DNA of 64,000 bases from an uncultured Pseudomonadales bacterium (GCA_964422035.1 CAYQZQ010000001.1:249013-313012); one strand, 5' to 3'. Shown: positions 9,508-20,551, counted from the stretch's first letter. Notes: generated by a model from the sequence alone, not told the origin. Made by a program: numbers and translations.

Positions 9508-10696
9508 CTTTTTGATAGATATTACTCAATTTACTGGCTATTGATTTGTAACTATATTCTTTTTCTACAAAACGACGAGACTTTTTGGCCATTTTTTCTG
9601 CTTGTTGGGGGTTTTTAATCAGCTGAACCACGTACTGAGCCATTTTCTGGGGATCTTGAGAAACTAGAGCATATTCGCCTTCATTTATTCCCAATCCACT
9701 TATTCCTACAGGAGAGGAAACTATTGGAAGTTGGCTAGCCATGGCGGCCAGAGTTTTTAGTCTGGTCCCCCCCGGTCCAAATAGAGGGGCCACAAAAACA
9801 TCAGAGTTGTGATAAGCGTCGACGATGCCCTGGACATCGTCTTCTGCAAGCTCGTTTATTATCACGGAGTCGTTGGCTAGTTCTTTAAGATCATCGGGTT
9901 GATGTTGACCGACGATGTGAACTTGAGATCTGGGAAGCTGTTTTTGAACTATGGGAAAAACCTTGTTGATTAAGAACTTAGCAGCTTCTGTGTTCTGCAA
10001 CCAGTGAAAGTTGCCGATGAAGAGGAGTTTGGGGCTGTCTGTTTGCCAACTGGTTTTCTTTTTGAATAAATCAAGATTGACCCCGTTGGGGACGATGTTA
10101 ACGTCAAGATCTGGCTCGAGCTGGAGCATTTGCTCTTTGTCCTGTGAGGAGACAGCAATGGCTCTGTCGGCTTTTTGCCAGTAATGGCGCTCCCAGTACT
10201 TTAATTTGGCTACATCAAGATACATAAGGGGTTTAAGCGGCCAGAGAGCCGTCTTTTCTGTGTAGTGCTGATAGACTTTGTATTCGATTGTTTGGTCAAC
10301 TAAAACTACGGGGATATCAGTCTCGGGTATATGAGGCATGGCATAAAAGGTTTCGACGTGGATTAGATCGTAGTCGCCTTTCTGCAGTTCTTTTTCAATG
10401 GCTTTTTTGGCATCAGAGGAAAAGTTTCTGACGACTAGGAAGGGTTTTAGTGAAAAAGCGCTGTTAATTACATTTTTGAATGTAAAAGGTTTTTGGGAGC
10501 GCAGAAAGACTTTAACTTTTTTGCAGAAATCTTTTTCCAGAATAGGTATGTATTGCTTTTCTTTGGGATCTTTAATCAAAGAAAACAAAGTAATGTCGTG
10601 ATCGGATTTTAAGTGCTTGAGAAGATTCTGGGTGCGAATTTGCCCTCCGGAAGAGTCTGGATACGGCAGATATGGGGTGAGCATTAATATCTTCAT
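9494..10696 (-). CDS. GT-B fold glycosyltransferase (GT4-like)
   Basis: 400 aa. C-terminal PLFGPGGTRLKTLAAMASQLPIVSSPVGISG, with a GT-B N-terminal Rossmann-like region. Confidence 0.65.
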   Translation of the reverse strand: MKILMLTPYLPYPDSSGGQIRTQNLLKHLKSDHDITLFSLIKDPKEKQYIPILEKDFCKKVKVFLRSQKPFTFKNVINSAFSLKPFLVVRNFSSDAKKAIEKELQKGDYDLIHVETFYAMPHIPETDIPVVLVDQTIEYKVYQHYTEKTALWPLKPLMYLDVAKLKYWERHYWQKADRAIAVSSQDKEQMLQLEPDLDVNIVPNGVNLDLFKKKTSWQTDSPKLLFIGNFHWLQNTEAAKFLINKVFPIVQKQLPRSQVHIVGQHQPDDLKELANDSVIINELAEDDVQGIVDAYHNSDVFVAPLFGPGGTRLKTLAAMASQLPIVSSPVGISGLGINEGEYALVSQDPQKMAQYVVQLIKNPQQAEKMAKKSRRFVEKEYSYKSIASKLSNIYQKVANV

Positions 10697-12114
10697 GTTC
10701 GATCTAATTTTACAATGACATAGTCTTCGGTTTTCTCGATAACTTGGTGAGCGGGGTTGTTAAGTATATTACTGGTAGTTTGATCAAAGTTTATAGACAC
10801 ATAGTGGGTAGCACCCTGATCAATTAACTTTGTAAGATCGGTGGTAACAGCCGGCCAGCCCTGTCTTTTAATTTGATAGAGGAAGGCCGTATCACCATTG
10901 TATGGAGCAATCACTTTGGCATCATCAGGAAGTATTCTGTCAGCTTTTTGACCAACGGACACGATAGGAGGATTGTTGATTTTGTAGTATTCACGAACTT
11001 GATACCAGGAGAGGAAAACCATCATACCCAGTGAAAAGATAGATATGAGAATGGTTAGGGGTCTAATTAAGTTATTTTGGGGAGAGAAGAGATAAATTAA
11101 GCCTTTGGCAACAAAGACAGCCACAACTGGAGTGATGATGAACTGATAATAGTCATGAGTAACGTTGCCGCCAGCGAAGATAACCAGATAAGCGAAAATC
11201 CCTAACAACCAAAAGTGATAAAACCATTTCTCGGTCTTGAGTGGTTTTTGTAAAAGCCCAAAGACAAACAGTGGCAGACCCCAGTAGCCTAAGATGAGCT
11301 TTGATAAGCGCTCAGCAAATAACCATCTCCACCAAGCGGGGCGCAGGCGGATGTTGTCCATATTTAAAAGCCAGGCATTGACAGGGATACCGGCAGGGAA
11401 GTTTTGAATCCAGAGGCGCCAAAGAACCAGAGGAATAAAGACCAAAAGCGGATATAAGTAGAAGAGTGGTTTTTTAAAAAGCTTTATGCCCCATTTTTTG
11501 AGAGCTAAGGCAAACAAAGGCAGGAAGAAGAATAAGGTGTAGGGCTTTACCAGTAGAGACGCAGCTAAAAGCAAAGAGGAGATAAGAAAGTTTATGGCTT
11601 TAGTCTCTTCAATCATGCGCACGAAAAAATAGCTGCCAGCCATTAACAAAAAGAGCATTAAAGGCTCTGGCAGGATGGTACGTGAGTAGAAGATATTGAA
11701 AGGCATGATGGCAAGAATAAAAGCTGAAAGAAGAGCAGTTTTAGAGTTGGAAATCTTCTCGATAATTAGATACAAAAAGATGATAGTGCCCAGAGAAAAA
11801 GCAACAGAGAGGGCTCTGCCCCATTGGTCTAGTGTCCAGAAATCGCCGGCTTTGGCCAGTGAGGCATGGATAGCGTTGTAGAGGGGAAACTCAACCATGC
11901 GATAACCTTGAGGATTGTATTCACCTGAGGGGATGTTAGATAAGTCATGATAACTGGGGCGGAGCAGGTCGATGCCGTTTTTAAGATACTGATGTGAGAC
12001 TGAAGCGGTGTCTGCTTGGCGAAATGAATGCCAGTCGGCAACTGGGGCGTCAATTTTGTACCAGCGAGTAAAAAGAGCTAGTGCCAAGATGAGAGTTAAG
12101 GCAATTTTCTTCAT
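10693..12114 (-). CDS. Polytopic membrane protein, GT-C-like glycosyltransferase candidate
   Basis: 473 aa with at least 10 predicted TM helices and a C-terminal soluble domain of about 100 aa. Its start overlaps the upstream stop as ATGA. Confidence 0.5.
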   Translation of the reverse strand: MKKIALTLILALALFTRWYKIDAPVADWHSFRQADTASVSHQYLKNGIDLLRPSYHDLSNIPSGEYNPQGYRMVEFPLYNAIHASLAKAGDFWTLDQWGRALSVAFSLGTIIFLYLIIEKISNSKTALLSAFILAIMPFNIFYSRTILPEPLMLFLLMAGSYFFVRMIEETKAINFLISSLLLAASLLVKPYTLFFFLPLFALALKKWGIKLFKKPLFYLYPLLVFIPLVLWRLWIQNFPAGIPVNAWLLNMDNIRLRPAWWRWLFAERLSKLILGYWGLPLFVFGLLQKPLKTEKWFYHFWLLGIFAYLVIFAGGNVTHDYYQFIITPVVAVFVAKGLIYLFSPQNNLIRPLTILISIFSLGMMVFLSWYQVREYYKINNPPIVSVGQKADRILPDDAKVIAPYNGDTAFLYQIKRQGWPAVTTDLTKLIDQGATHYVSINFDQTTSNILNNPAHQVIEKTEDYVIVKLDRT

Positions 12115-12116
12115 GG

Positions 12117-13508
12117 TTATTTTTTATTTATAAAACCAACTGCAAGGCCGGTGTACATCCAAAACAAGGTAGCAACTTTACTGGCTTCAAATACATCCAA
12201 AAATGAAGCTATAGCCAAAAACCCGATCACCATGGAGACAATTCCTACAAGGAATTGATTAACGAAGTTATCTTTGACGATTTTTAATCCCTTGAAAAGG
12301 GCTGCCAGAAGAGAGAGTATGACTGAGGCAAAGGCAACAAAACCAAGAAGACCTGTTTCTCCTATGGCTCTTAGATAGTCATTGTCGGTGGCAAGCCCCA
12401 GCGAGCCGTAGCCTGTGCCCAAGAAGGGGTTTTTCTTAAATGAACGGATGGCCATTGGCCACTCAACATCAAACCTAATTGAAGTTGACCTGTCTTGCTG
12501 GATAGGCCTTAAAGCTGGTGCGGGAGCTGTGTCCTGTTGAGCATAAATTGGCTTGATTAGTAAGCTGCGATCATCAAACACTCCTTTAACTTGCTCTTGC
12601 ACGCTCTTGAACTGCAGAACTTTGATTAAACTACCAAAACGACTGGAGATGGCCGGAGTATTGGCTAAGCCTATTGCCGCTACAACAAAGACAGGAATAA
12701 TCCAGACAGGCTTGCGTGAAAGAAGCAGCGACAAGGGTAGTGAGATTAGAAGAGCAAAGAAAGCGATTCTGGAACCGGTTCGCAGTTGAAGCCAAAACAA
12801 GCCCAGTGAAAGAACTATCAAGAATAATTTCTGCCAGGATTTTTTGACCGCGAAAATTAAAGCTGAAAAGATTGATAAAGTCATGACTAGATAGGTGGCC
12901 AGGTCATAATGGCCGGCAAAAGTAGAGGCTAGATTTACCCCCGGCTCTAGGGTAAGAGCAAAGCCTTTGGAAAATTCAGCATTTTGAGTGGAGATTACAG
13001 GGGCCTTAAGATAAATCTGGGCCAGGCCATAGAAGAGCACCCCGACTGCAGTCACGACAATCACTTCAATGAAAAAACGTAGATTCTTCTTGTTGGCAAG
13101 AATTAAGCCAGCGAAGAAAGGAATAGCGTATTCAATACGTCGCAGCCAGTGAAGGGCAGCTATTTTAATTGAGACTGTGTGAGTTAAGAATGCTCCACTT
13201 ATTGTGGCTAAAAGACCAATTAGAAAGAAGATTATTAGCGACCTAACAACAAGAGATTTTTTAATCTGCTCTAGGTAATACGGTAAAGATAAGAGCAGAA
13301 GAAGAGCCAGGAAGGCGATAATAAAGTCTTCCAGACGAATGGCTACTGAAGTAAAGGGAAGAGTAAATAAGGGGAATTTGGGATACAAGGGAATAAACAC
13401 CAACAGAACTGCAAAGGTGTACTTTATGAGAGTGTTTAGTTTTTGTTTAGACAGATAATGCTTTAAGATAGACATCCCTTTTTTGTGAATCGTTTTTAAT
13501 AATACCAA
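12117..13508 (-). CDS. O-antigen ligase / Wzy-like polymerase family membrane protein
   Basis: Multi-TM. The periplasmic-loop motif NPFLGTGYGSLGLATDNDYLRAIGETGLLGFVAF resembles the Wzy_C (PF04932) signature G.G.G....HN.yL....E.G..G. Confidence 0.6.
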   Translation of the reverse strand: MVLLKTIHKKGMSILKHYLSKQKLNTLIKYTFAVLLVFIPLYPKFPLFTLPFTSVAIRLEDFIIAFLALLLLLSLPYYLEQIKKSLVVRSLIIFFLIGLLATISGAFLTHTVSIKIAALHWLRRIEYAIPFFAGLILANKKNLRFFIEVIVVTAVGVLFYGLAQIYLKAPVISTQNAEFSKGFALTLEPGVNLASTFAGHYDLATYLVMTLSIFSALIFAVKKSWQKLFLIVLSLGLFWLQLRTGSRIAFFALLISLPLSLLLSRKPVWIIPVFVVAAIGLANTPAISSRFGSLIKVLQFKSVQEQVKGVFDDRSLLIKPIYAQQDTAPAPALRPIQQDRSTSIRFDVEWPMAIRSFKKNPFLGTGYGSLGLATDNDYLRAIGETGLLGFVAFASVILSLLAALFKGLKIVKDNFVNQFLVGIVSMVIGFLAIASFLDVFEASKVATLFWMYTGLAVGFINKK

Positions 13509-14331
13509 AGACTAAAATGCGCAAAAGCGAACCAGCTTTAAATGCAAGTGCAGCAAGTGGCAATTGCCAAGCAGGTTTGTGTTTTCTAAAAAAGTATTTG
13601 ATGCCTTTGATCTCTGAGATAAGAGAGTAGCTAACGGATGAAGACTTGGCTTGAAGATGGGTGATGGTGGCAACTGGATCGTAAATAGCTTTGTAACCTT
13701 GTTTTTTAATCCGGTAGCACAACTCTAGCTCTTCGGCATACATGAAGATGTCAGGATCAAAACCGCCAGTTTTTTCATATACCTTTTTGGGGATGATGCT
13801 GAAAGCACCGGTTACCCAGTCAAGATTTCTTTTTTGGGTGTAGTGAGAAACTGGAGGATGAACTGATTTAATTAGTTTGGAGACAAAGGGTAGATCATCG
13901 ATAAAAAGTTGCCAAGCATATAAATTGCAGAGGGTGGGGAAGTAACCGCCGGTGGGTTGCAAGTCACCATCTTTGTAAACCAGTTTGCAAGTAAAAGCAC
14001 CGATCTTATCAATATTTTTGGCTGCATCTAAAGATGTTTTTAAGGCGTTGTCGTGAAGCAAGGTGTCGGAGTTTAAAAGCAAGATGTATTCACCTTTGGC
14101 CTGCTTAACCGCTTGATTGTTAGCTTTACCAAACCCGAGATTTTCCTTATTAGCAATTAAGTTAACCTGGGAGAATTTTTCTTTTATCATTTTAGGCGAG
14201 CCGTCATGAGAGTCGTTGTCTACAACGATAACTTCAAACTCGATGCCTTTGGTGTGTTTGTAGATGGAGTTGAGACAGTTTTGAGTGTCTTTTTTGGTGT
14301 TGTATGAGGGGATGATAATAGTTAGATCCAT
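13447..14331 (-). CDS. GT2-family glycosyltransferase
   Basis: LTIIIPSYNTKKDT...EVIVVDNDSHDGS and LLLNSDTLL. Confidence 0.85.
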   Translation of the reverse strand: MDLTIIIPSYNTKKDTQNCLNSIYKHTKGIEFEVIVVDNDSHDGSPKMIKEKFSQVNLIANKENLGFGKANNQAVKQAKGEYILLLNSDTLLHDNALKTSLDAAKNIDKIGAFTCKLVYKDGDLQPTGGYFPTLCNLYAWQLFIDDLPFVSKLIKSVHPPVSHYTQKRNLDWVTGAFSIIPKKVYEKTGGFDPDIFMYAEELELCYRIKKQGYKAIYDPVATITHLQAKSSSVSYSLISEIKGIKYFFRKHKPAWQLPLAALAFKAGSLLRILVFGIIKNDSQKRDVYLKALSV

Positions 14332-14924
14332 TATTGTTTTAAGTAACTGTTAATACTGGAGACAAAAGTTTTTGAAGAAATAAATAATTGCTTGAAAGCA
14401 AAATATGAAGCAGGAAAGATGGCTGTCCAGATTAAGACTCTGATCAAAAAGCTCGAGTAATAGGGATTGAGAATAATTTTTGAGCGATAAACTTTGTCTT
14501 TGAAGATAATTAATCTTTCGCTAATATCACCTTCTGACAAGTGAGCATATCGGGGAGATTTGCGTGGATTCCAGCCATGAACAAACAGTGACTCTCTTAA
14601 GGGGTGGACAACTTCTTCAAGATAGTAAGAGTCAATGTGTTTTCTAATGTACTTGTCTGCCTCTTCAGGTCGGTAGTTTAGTCTATAAGAAGGGATGGTT
14701 AAGCCAAAGAGCTTAAGAGAAAAATCTTCTTGCAGGGATGGCAAGACTTGTTTTCTTTCCCAGTTGGTGAAGTAAGCTGTTTGATTGGGGTTTTGCCAGG
14801 TATCACCGGGCTCGTCTGATATAGCGGCGTCAGGCAGTTGAGGAACTTTGGGAGCTGGAAGTGATAGATAAACTAAGCCTAAAATATAAACAAGTAAAAC
14901 GGGAATTATAAATATTTTTTTCAT
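14331..14924 (-). CDS. Hypothetical membrane-anchored protein
   Basis: 197 aa with an N-terminal signal anchor and a C-terminal hydrophobic segment. No recognisable domain. Confidence 0.5.
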   Translation of the reverse strand: MKKIFIIPVLLVYILGLVYLSLPAPKVPQLPDAAISDEPGDTWQNPNQTAYFTNWERKQVLPSLQEDFSLKLFGLTIPSYRLNYRPEEADKYIRKHIDSYYLEEVVHPLRESLFVHGWNPRKSPRYAHLSEGDISERLIIFKDKVYRSKIILNPYYSSFLIRVLIWTAIFPASYFAFKQLFISSKTFVSSINSYLKQ

Positions 14925-14927
14925 AGT

Positions 14928-15563
14928 TTATTGGAATAGACGAGGCCTACCTAAACGATAGTCTAGTTTTTCAAGATTTCTTTTCCCGATTGGTTTGGCA
15001 GGAATACCGCCAACGATGGTTTTTTCAGGAACATCCTTGGTGACGACCGCACCAGCTGCAATGACGGCGCCATCCCCTATTGTTACCCCAGGCAGAATAA
15101 TTACCCGAGGACCAATAAAAACGTAGTCGCCTATTTTGACCGGTTCTTCTGTAGCTGTCATGTCTGGATCGTGGATGTCGTGTTGTGAGTTATAGATCAT
15201 CACCTCTGAGGCGATGTCAGTGTGGGAGCCAATTTGGATAGTGTCGCGACCATCAAGGAAGGCACGGAAGCCAATGATTGTGCCTTTACCAACTTTAATA
15301 TTTTTAGGTTGGAAGAAATGCGCCCCGGTGTGAAAGGTTGAACCTCTACCAATTTTAATACCACAGAGCCTGAAGAAGTTGTTTCTAATCAAGTGAGAAG
15401 GTACCCAGCTTACCCAGAACATAACAAAAAGCTTAAAGTCCAAGTACCAATGATAGAAGCGGTTAAAAATCTTTTTGATGGCAGAGCTTACTTTTAGTTT
15501 GTTGTTGTGCTTATCAACAAAGTATATTCCCTGGGCTGAAATATTAAGATTTAAGATTTTCAT
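14928..15563 (-). CDS. Hexapeptide-repeat (left-handed beta-helix) sugar O-acetyltransferase
   Basis: [35 protein letters not shown] shows typical LbH repeats, WcaF/NodL-like. Confidence 0.8.
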   Translation of the reverse strand: MKILNLNISAQGIYFVDKHNNKLKVSSAIKKIFNRFYHWYLDFKLFVMFWVSWVPSHLIRNNFFRLCGIKIGRGSTFHTGAHFFQPKNIKVGKGTIIGFRAFLDGRDTIQIGSHTDIASEVMIYNSQHDIHDPDMTATEEPVKIGDYVFIGPRVIILPGVTIGDGAVIAAGAVVTKDVPEKTIVGGIPAKPIGKRNLEKLDYRLGRPRLFQ

Positions 15564-15575
15564 AGGATCATTCTA

Positions 15576-16691
15576 TCAACTTTTAGCTACTTTCACTAAA
15601 GAGTCAAGGGTTTGCTTGGCTGCTTTGTCCCAAGAGAAGCGCTGAACGTTCTCTTTAGCGAGACTTTTACGCCTGACTCGCTCTTGCTTGGGCATGGAGA
15701 AAGCAGTTCTAAGAGCCTCGGCAATTTGCTTGACTGAGCGAGGGTCTTCTATATATATAGAGGCTGGACCAGCTATTTCTGGCAGGCTGGAGACGTTTGA
15801 TACCACGGTTTGAGCTCCACAAGCTTGGGCTTCGATGACCGGAATCCCAAAACCTTCGTAAAGTGAGGGAAGCACATATGCCTGAGAGGCTTTGTATAGA
15901 GCGGGAATGTCTTGATCAGGAGCAAAGCCGGTGAATATTACATCATCCTCAAGATCAAGATCTTTGACTTGTTGGAATATCTTTTCATAAAGCCAGCCCT
16001 TTTTGCCGACGATTACTAGTTTGCCGGTATTTAAGATTGAAAACGCTTCAATCAGACGAGAGATGTTTTTGCGGGGCTGTAGGGTGCCAAGATACAAAAG
16101 GTACTTGCCTTTAATGGCATATTTTTCTCTAACCTGCTTTTGTTTGGTTAAGGGGACACGACGGTGATAAAGATCTTGGTTGTAGCCTGGGTATATAACC
16201 TTGATCTTTTCTGAGGAAACTTGATAATACTCTTGGATATCTTTTTTTGTAGTTTGGGAGATAGTAGTGATCAACTTAGCTTTTTTGGCAGAAGCTCTTG
16301 TCCAGCGGCGTAGTTGATGCAGGTCTTTGGTTTTAAAATATTTTTCACCAAATTTTTCATAGGACAAATCCATAATAGAAAATACCTGCGGGACTGGAGA
16401 GAATAAGGGAATGTAATGGCTAGGTGAGAAAAAGATATCCGGTCTGGGTTTTTTAAACCATAAATTCCAGGTTAGACCCGTTAGCACCCAGGCCTTTTGA
16501 GGACCGAAAACTTTATAGGTAAAGTTGTCTGAAGGCTCGGGCAAGTCAGGAAGAGGTCTGTCTTTTAGATAAACAACAAATTTGTGCTCTGTATCTAGTT
16601 TGGATAGGTGCTGAATTAATTTAAAAGCTACCTGGTTTACTCCCACTCGCTGAGGAATGTTGGCTTCATTACCATCGATACCTATTATCAT
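15576..16691 (-). CDS. GT4-family glycosyltransferase
   Basis: MIIGIDGNEA... and EGFGIPVIEAQACGAQTVVSNVSSLPEIAGPAS. Confidence 0.85.
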   Translation of the reverse strand: MIIGIDGNEANIPQRVGVNQVAFKLIQHLSKLDTEHKFVVYLKDRPLPDLPEPSDNFTYKVFGPQKAWVLTGLTWNLWFKKPRPDIFFSPSHYIPLFSPVPQVFSIMDLSYEKFGEKYFKTKDLHQLRRWTRASAKKAKLITTISQTTKKDIQEYYQVSSEKIKVIYPGYNQDLYHRRVPLTKQKQVREKYAIKGKYLLYLGTLQPRKNISRLIEAFSILNTGKLVIVGKKGWLYEKIFQQVKDLDLEDDVIFTGFAPDQDIPALYKASQAYVLPSLYEGFGIPVIEAQACGAQTVVSNVSSLPEIAGPASIYIEDPRSVKQIAEALRTAFSMPKQERVRRKSLAKENVQRFSWDKAAKQTLDSLVKVAKS

Positions 16692-16700
16692 AGCCTTAGA

Positions 16701-17798
16701 TTATTGGTGATTGTTTATTATCTTTTGATAAACTTCTAACGTTTTTTCGGCAGTCTTTTGCCAAGAAAACTGTTCATTTCTTTGCTGACCTTTTTGTATT
16801 AAATCCTGTCTATTCTCGAACGCTTTGATTATACCAGTTTTGATGCTAGAAACGTCCTCTGGATCAACTTGAACCGCTGCATTACCAGCCACCTCGGGCA
16901 TGCTCGAGACATTACTGGTTACCACTGGTGTCTGGCTGGCAAAAGCATCCAGTATTGGTAAGCCAAAACCTTCATATAAAGAAGTGTATAAAACTAAGGC
17001 TGAGTTTTGATATAAAACAGGGATGTGTCTTTGATCAACAAAGCCTGTGAAGCGAACGTTTGCAGACTGGAGCTTTATCTCCTCTTCTGATGGCCGGCCA
17101 AAGATTGCCAACTGGTGGCTGGGAAGATCTGCTTGTTTGAAGGCCTGGATTTGACGATCGATGTTTTTGCGTGGATGGCCACAGCCGGGAATTAAGATGT
17201 AGGGCTTTTTAATGGCAAGCCTTTTTAGTATCCTTTCTTGTTCTTTTGTTGAAAAGTCTTGTTTTTTGGTTAAGGTGGTGGCCTCGTGAATGACGCTGAT
17301 GCGCTCTGGTTTAATTTTTAATAAATCAACCACATCCTTTTTGGTAGCGTGTGAGGGAGTGATTATATGGTCAGACTCTTTTTTAACCCAGAAAAGCTTC
17401 TTGCGATGAGTGCGCCTTATTGAGCCTGAAGCATACTGAGGGTTTTTCAGATGTGCCAGGTCGTGGATGGTAGTAACTTTAAGGGCATTTCTTACGGGTG
17501 GCTCTGCCCAGTCTGAGGTGTGAACCAGATCAATTGGGCCGGTTAGAAACTCTAAAGGAAGCAGATGCCATGTATTCCAAAGCAAGTTTAGAAACTTGGG
17601 AGGAATCGGCAGAATCTTTTTTTCAGCTGGCAAGCGATTGACTAGAAGCTTAAGCTTTTCTTTTTGACGCAGTGAGCCTGCAAAAAGCAGGAACTGATGA
17701 TCGGAGCCGGCCTTTAGGATATTTTCAACCAGATGTTGAGTGTAGCGAGAGACACCAGTGCCATAAACAATTTGGGAAACGTCGATACATATACGCAT
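16701..17798 (-). CDS. GT4-family glycosyltransferase
   Basis: EGFGLPILDAFASQTPVVTSNVSSMPEVAGNAAVQVDP. Confidence 0.85.
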   Translation of the reverse strand: MRICIDVSQIVYGTGVSRYTQHLVENILKAGSDHQFLLFAGSLRQKEKLKLLVNRLPAEKKILPIPPKFLNLLWNTWHLLPLEFLTGPIDLVHTSDWAEPPVRNALKVTTIHDLAHLKNPQYASGSIRRTHRKKLFWVKKESDHIITPSHATKKDVVDLLKIKPERISVIHEATTLTKKQDFSTKEQERILKRLAIKKPYILIPGCGHPRKNIDRQIQAFKQADLPSHQLAIFGRPSEEEIKLQSANVRFTGFVDQRHIPVLYQNSALVLYTSLYEGFGLPILDAFASQTPVVTSNVSSMPEVAGNAAVQVDPEDVSSIKTGIIKAFENRQDLIQKGQQRNEQFSWQKTAEKTLEVYQKIINNHQ

Positions 17799-17802
17799 AA
17801 GC

Positions 17803-19146
17803 TTAGTTTATCGCATCAGCTGATTTATATATATGCAAGGGGCCGACTGAGTCTGTCATTTGATAGTTTTGATAAACGTACTGAAGGACAGATGAGGCGT
17901 ATTTTTTGATACCAACACCCCCGAGAGAGCTTTGGGTGTTGATAATTACCGGAGCTTGAGGGTTGTTTTTTAGGGCATTGATTTGTTTTTGTACAAAATC
18001 AGGATTGGCGTGGTACCAGGGAAGACTGGGAAGATAGATATTGCCAGTGGGAGTTGAGTTGGTTAGCTGATAAAGCTGATCTGGCCCGCCGAGAATATAT
18101 AGCTGATCAAGGTTGGTCTTGCTTTCGATCTGGGCAGCTGTTGTTTGCAAGGAGGAGGGGTTAAAAAAGTTGATAGATTTGAAGGGGTGTATGTAGACAA
18201 GTAAAGACAGAGACAAAGCAACCCAGCCTAAAAGAAGTTTTTTGTTAACTTTTGAGGGAAGCAGGATCAAAATGGTGAGAGCGGCAGGTAAAAGATGAAT
18301 CAGCTCAAAGCGCGGATAAGCGCCGATTGATAGGGTGGCAAAAAAGATAAGTAGTAAGACGAGCTGGTCTTTTTTATGGACGATAAACACTAACAGTAAG
18401 ACTAGTAAGGTGATTATCAGATGATTAAAGTTGGGAGCTTTGGAGGAGAGAGATATGTAAAAACTTGAGTTAAACTGCATTAGCTGTAAGAAGGAGGGCC
18501 ATAACTGGTTTGCGGTTAACCAGATAAGTTGAGAAAGAGGGTACAAGGCGGAGGCAAGGATGAAGCTTGAGCCAAGGCTTTTTCTTTTTTGATAGACCAA
18601 GATTGCAAAAAAGAGCAAAAGAGTGGGGCGGGTACCTAAGGCCAGACCAAAGAGAAGACCTGAGATAACTTTTGCCCAGCTGGACGGATGGAAAAAAAGG
18701 TATAGACCCCAGATGAGAAATAGCAAGATAAAGCTTTCTAGCCAGAAATTACCTGAAGATAAAAGTATATAAGTGATGATGAAACCTGCAAAAACCAAAA
18801 GCTTGTCAACCTTTTGGGAGAGCTTTTTGTTAATCAGCAAAAGAGCGCCTAAGTTGGTTAAAAGCAAAACAGCAAGATAAGCATATAAAGCTGAAGTGGG
18901 TGTGGTGATGGAAAAGAAAGATAAATTAAAGGGACCAAAAAAAATGGCGGGGAAGTGTTGATCAATTAATTGGGTGTAGGGAGTGAGACCCTTGGTGATC
19001 AAGTATGGGTATAGGCTAATCTCGGGGAAGATATAGAAGGCCGAAGTGAAGGTAAAAAACAAATGAAATGAGCTGCCTAGTATGAAGGTTATTACAAGAA
19101 AGATCATCAGCTTAGTGCTGATATTGATAAACAAAACCCACTCCAT
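17803..19146 (-). CDS. Polytopic membrane protein (GT-C-like candidate) with C-terminal soluble domain
   Basis: 447 aa with about 10 TM helices and a C-terminal extracytoplasmic region. Confidence 0.45.
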   Translation of the reverse strand: MEWVLFINISTKLMIFLVITFILGSSFHLFFTFTSAFYIFPEISLYPYLITKGLTPYTQLIDQHFPAIFFGPFNLSFFSITTPTSALYAYLAVLLLTNLGALLLINKKLSQKVDKLLVFAGFIITYILLSSGNFWLESFILLFLIWGLYLFFHPSSWAKVISGLLFGLALGTRPTLLLFFAILVYQKRKSLGSSFILASALYPLSQLIWLTANQLWPSFLQLMQFNSSFYISLSSKAPNFNHLIITLLVLLLVFIVHKKDQLVLLLIFFATLSIGAYPRFELIHLLPAALTILILLPSKVNKKLLLGWVALSLSLLVYIHPFKSINFFNPSSLQTTAAQIESKTNLDQLYILGGPDQLYQLTNSTPTGNIYLPSLPWYHANPDFVQKQINALKNNPQAPVIINTQSSLGGVGIKKYASSVLQYVYQNYQMTDSVGPLHIYKSADAIN

Positions 19147-20551
19147 TGAAGTTGTAGATTTGTTCCTGGTTGTAGCCGGCGTTATTTAACCAGGCGGGAA
19201 TGTTGTCTTTAGGGTCAGTTAGTTCTGATAGGTATTCAAAGTAGTAGACGGTGTCTTTGCCGGTAGTGATTTGGCTTAGATTTAGATCAAGTTCTTGGGG
19301 ATCAATTGATAGATCAGTTAATGCACCCGATGAGTTTAGTTGAGGAGCATACCAGCGAACAGGAGCAAATGGCTGAGGAAAGGCAAATACAGAGACTGAT
19401 TGCTGGTCTTGTTTTTGTAATACAAAATCCGTTGCTTGTTTCCAGTTTTCGCGATGAAAACTGGGCGTGGTCCAAAACAAGAAATTGGAAAAGAGAAAAG
19501 TAATTGATAAAAGCAGGATGTTAACCATGCTTAGTTTGGCAGGTAGATGGAAGATACCGATGGCCAAAAGAGACGAAAAAGCAGGAAGCAAAAACAGATA
19601 ACGCCAGTAGCCAAGCATAGGTATTTTAAAGGAAAGAGCTACCCCGATTAAGAGAGGAACAACTAACCATAACCAGAAAAGACGGGAGAGTTTTTGGAAC
19701 AGTGACAAGGCCATTAAAGAAAAGGTGTAAAGAAGTGAAGCGATAATAGCTAGTAAATAAAAATCATCAGAGGAGATATTAACTCTACCTAAGATAAACT
19801 TAACAGGAATCAGGGCGATGTTTTTTAAGGATAAGTCACCAGATAGCTGACTCCAGTTGGGAAGAGCCTCAACAAGATACTGACCCCCCTGGGTTTGCTT
19901 TATAAAAGTTGGTAGCCAAGGCAAGAAAGAAAGGGCGGTGAGAAATGTCCAAGGTAGTAGCTTTTTAAGTAGTTTTTTGTCAGCCAGAAGCAAGTAAATT
20001 AATTGAGAAAGAATGTTAAAGCCAGAAAGATAGTAGGTGTAAAGACCAAGGGTATTGGTTAATGCCCAGAGAATAAACCAGCTATTTTTATTGCTTTTTT
20101 GAGCTGAGACAAGAAAGTACCAGGAAGCAGTAACTAGGAAAGCAGCGGGGGCAAACATGCGCAGCTCTTGAGAGTAGTAGATGTGCAGGGGATTTAATGC
20201 CAAAAATAAGGCAGCTGTTGCAGGCAGGCTAAGCTTAACGGGGCCAATGACTAATTTTGGCATCTTGTTACCAAGAGCTTTTTTGAAAAGCAAGTAAAGC
20301 AAATATATAGCAGCGACGGAAAAAAGAATGTTGGGAAGTCGTAAGAACCATTCTTGAGTTAGACCTATTTTTAGCCAAAAATGCATAAAAAGATAGTACA
20401 GAGGAGGATGGAAGTCACCAGCAAGACTGGATATCAGTTGAGTAAGATCTTGTCTGGCAATAATTAAGGAAGCAGCCTCATCGAGCCAAAAACTTTGATT
20501 GACTAAGATGAGTCTTAAAACTGCTGCTAGAACAAGAATAAAATAGATCAT
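19112..20551 (-). CDS. GT-C fold glycosyltransferase, ArnT/PMT (GT39/GT83)-like
   Basis: The first-loop motif FWLDEAASLIIARQ follows TM1 (the DE motif of ArnT/PMT-family enzymes). About 11 TM helices and a C-terminal soluble domain. Confidence 0.6.
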   Translation of the reverse strand: MIYFILVLAAVLRLILVNQSFWLDEAASLIIARQDLTQLISSLAGDFHPPLYYLFMHFWLKIGLTQEWFLRLPNILFSVAAIYLLYLLFKKALGNKMPKLVIGPVKLSLPATAALFLALNPLHIYYSQELRMFAPAAFLVTASWYFLVSAQKSNKNSWFILWALTNTLGLYTYYLSGFNILSQLIYLLLADKKLLKKLLPWTFLTALSFLPWLPTFIKQTQGGQYLVEALPNWSQLSGDLSLKNIALIPVKFILGRVNISSDDFYLLAIIASLLYTFSLMALSLFQKLSRLFWLWLVVPLLIGVALSFKIPMLGYWRYLFLLPAFSSLLAIGIFHLPAKLSMVNILLLSITFLFSNFLFWTTPSFHRENWKQATDFVLQKQDQQSVSVFAFPQPFAPVRWYAPQLNSSGALTDLSIDPQELDLNLSQITTGKDTVYYFEYLSELTDPKDNIPAWLNNAGYNQEQIYNFNGVGFVYQYQH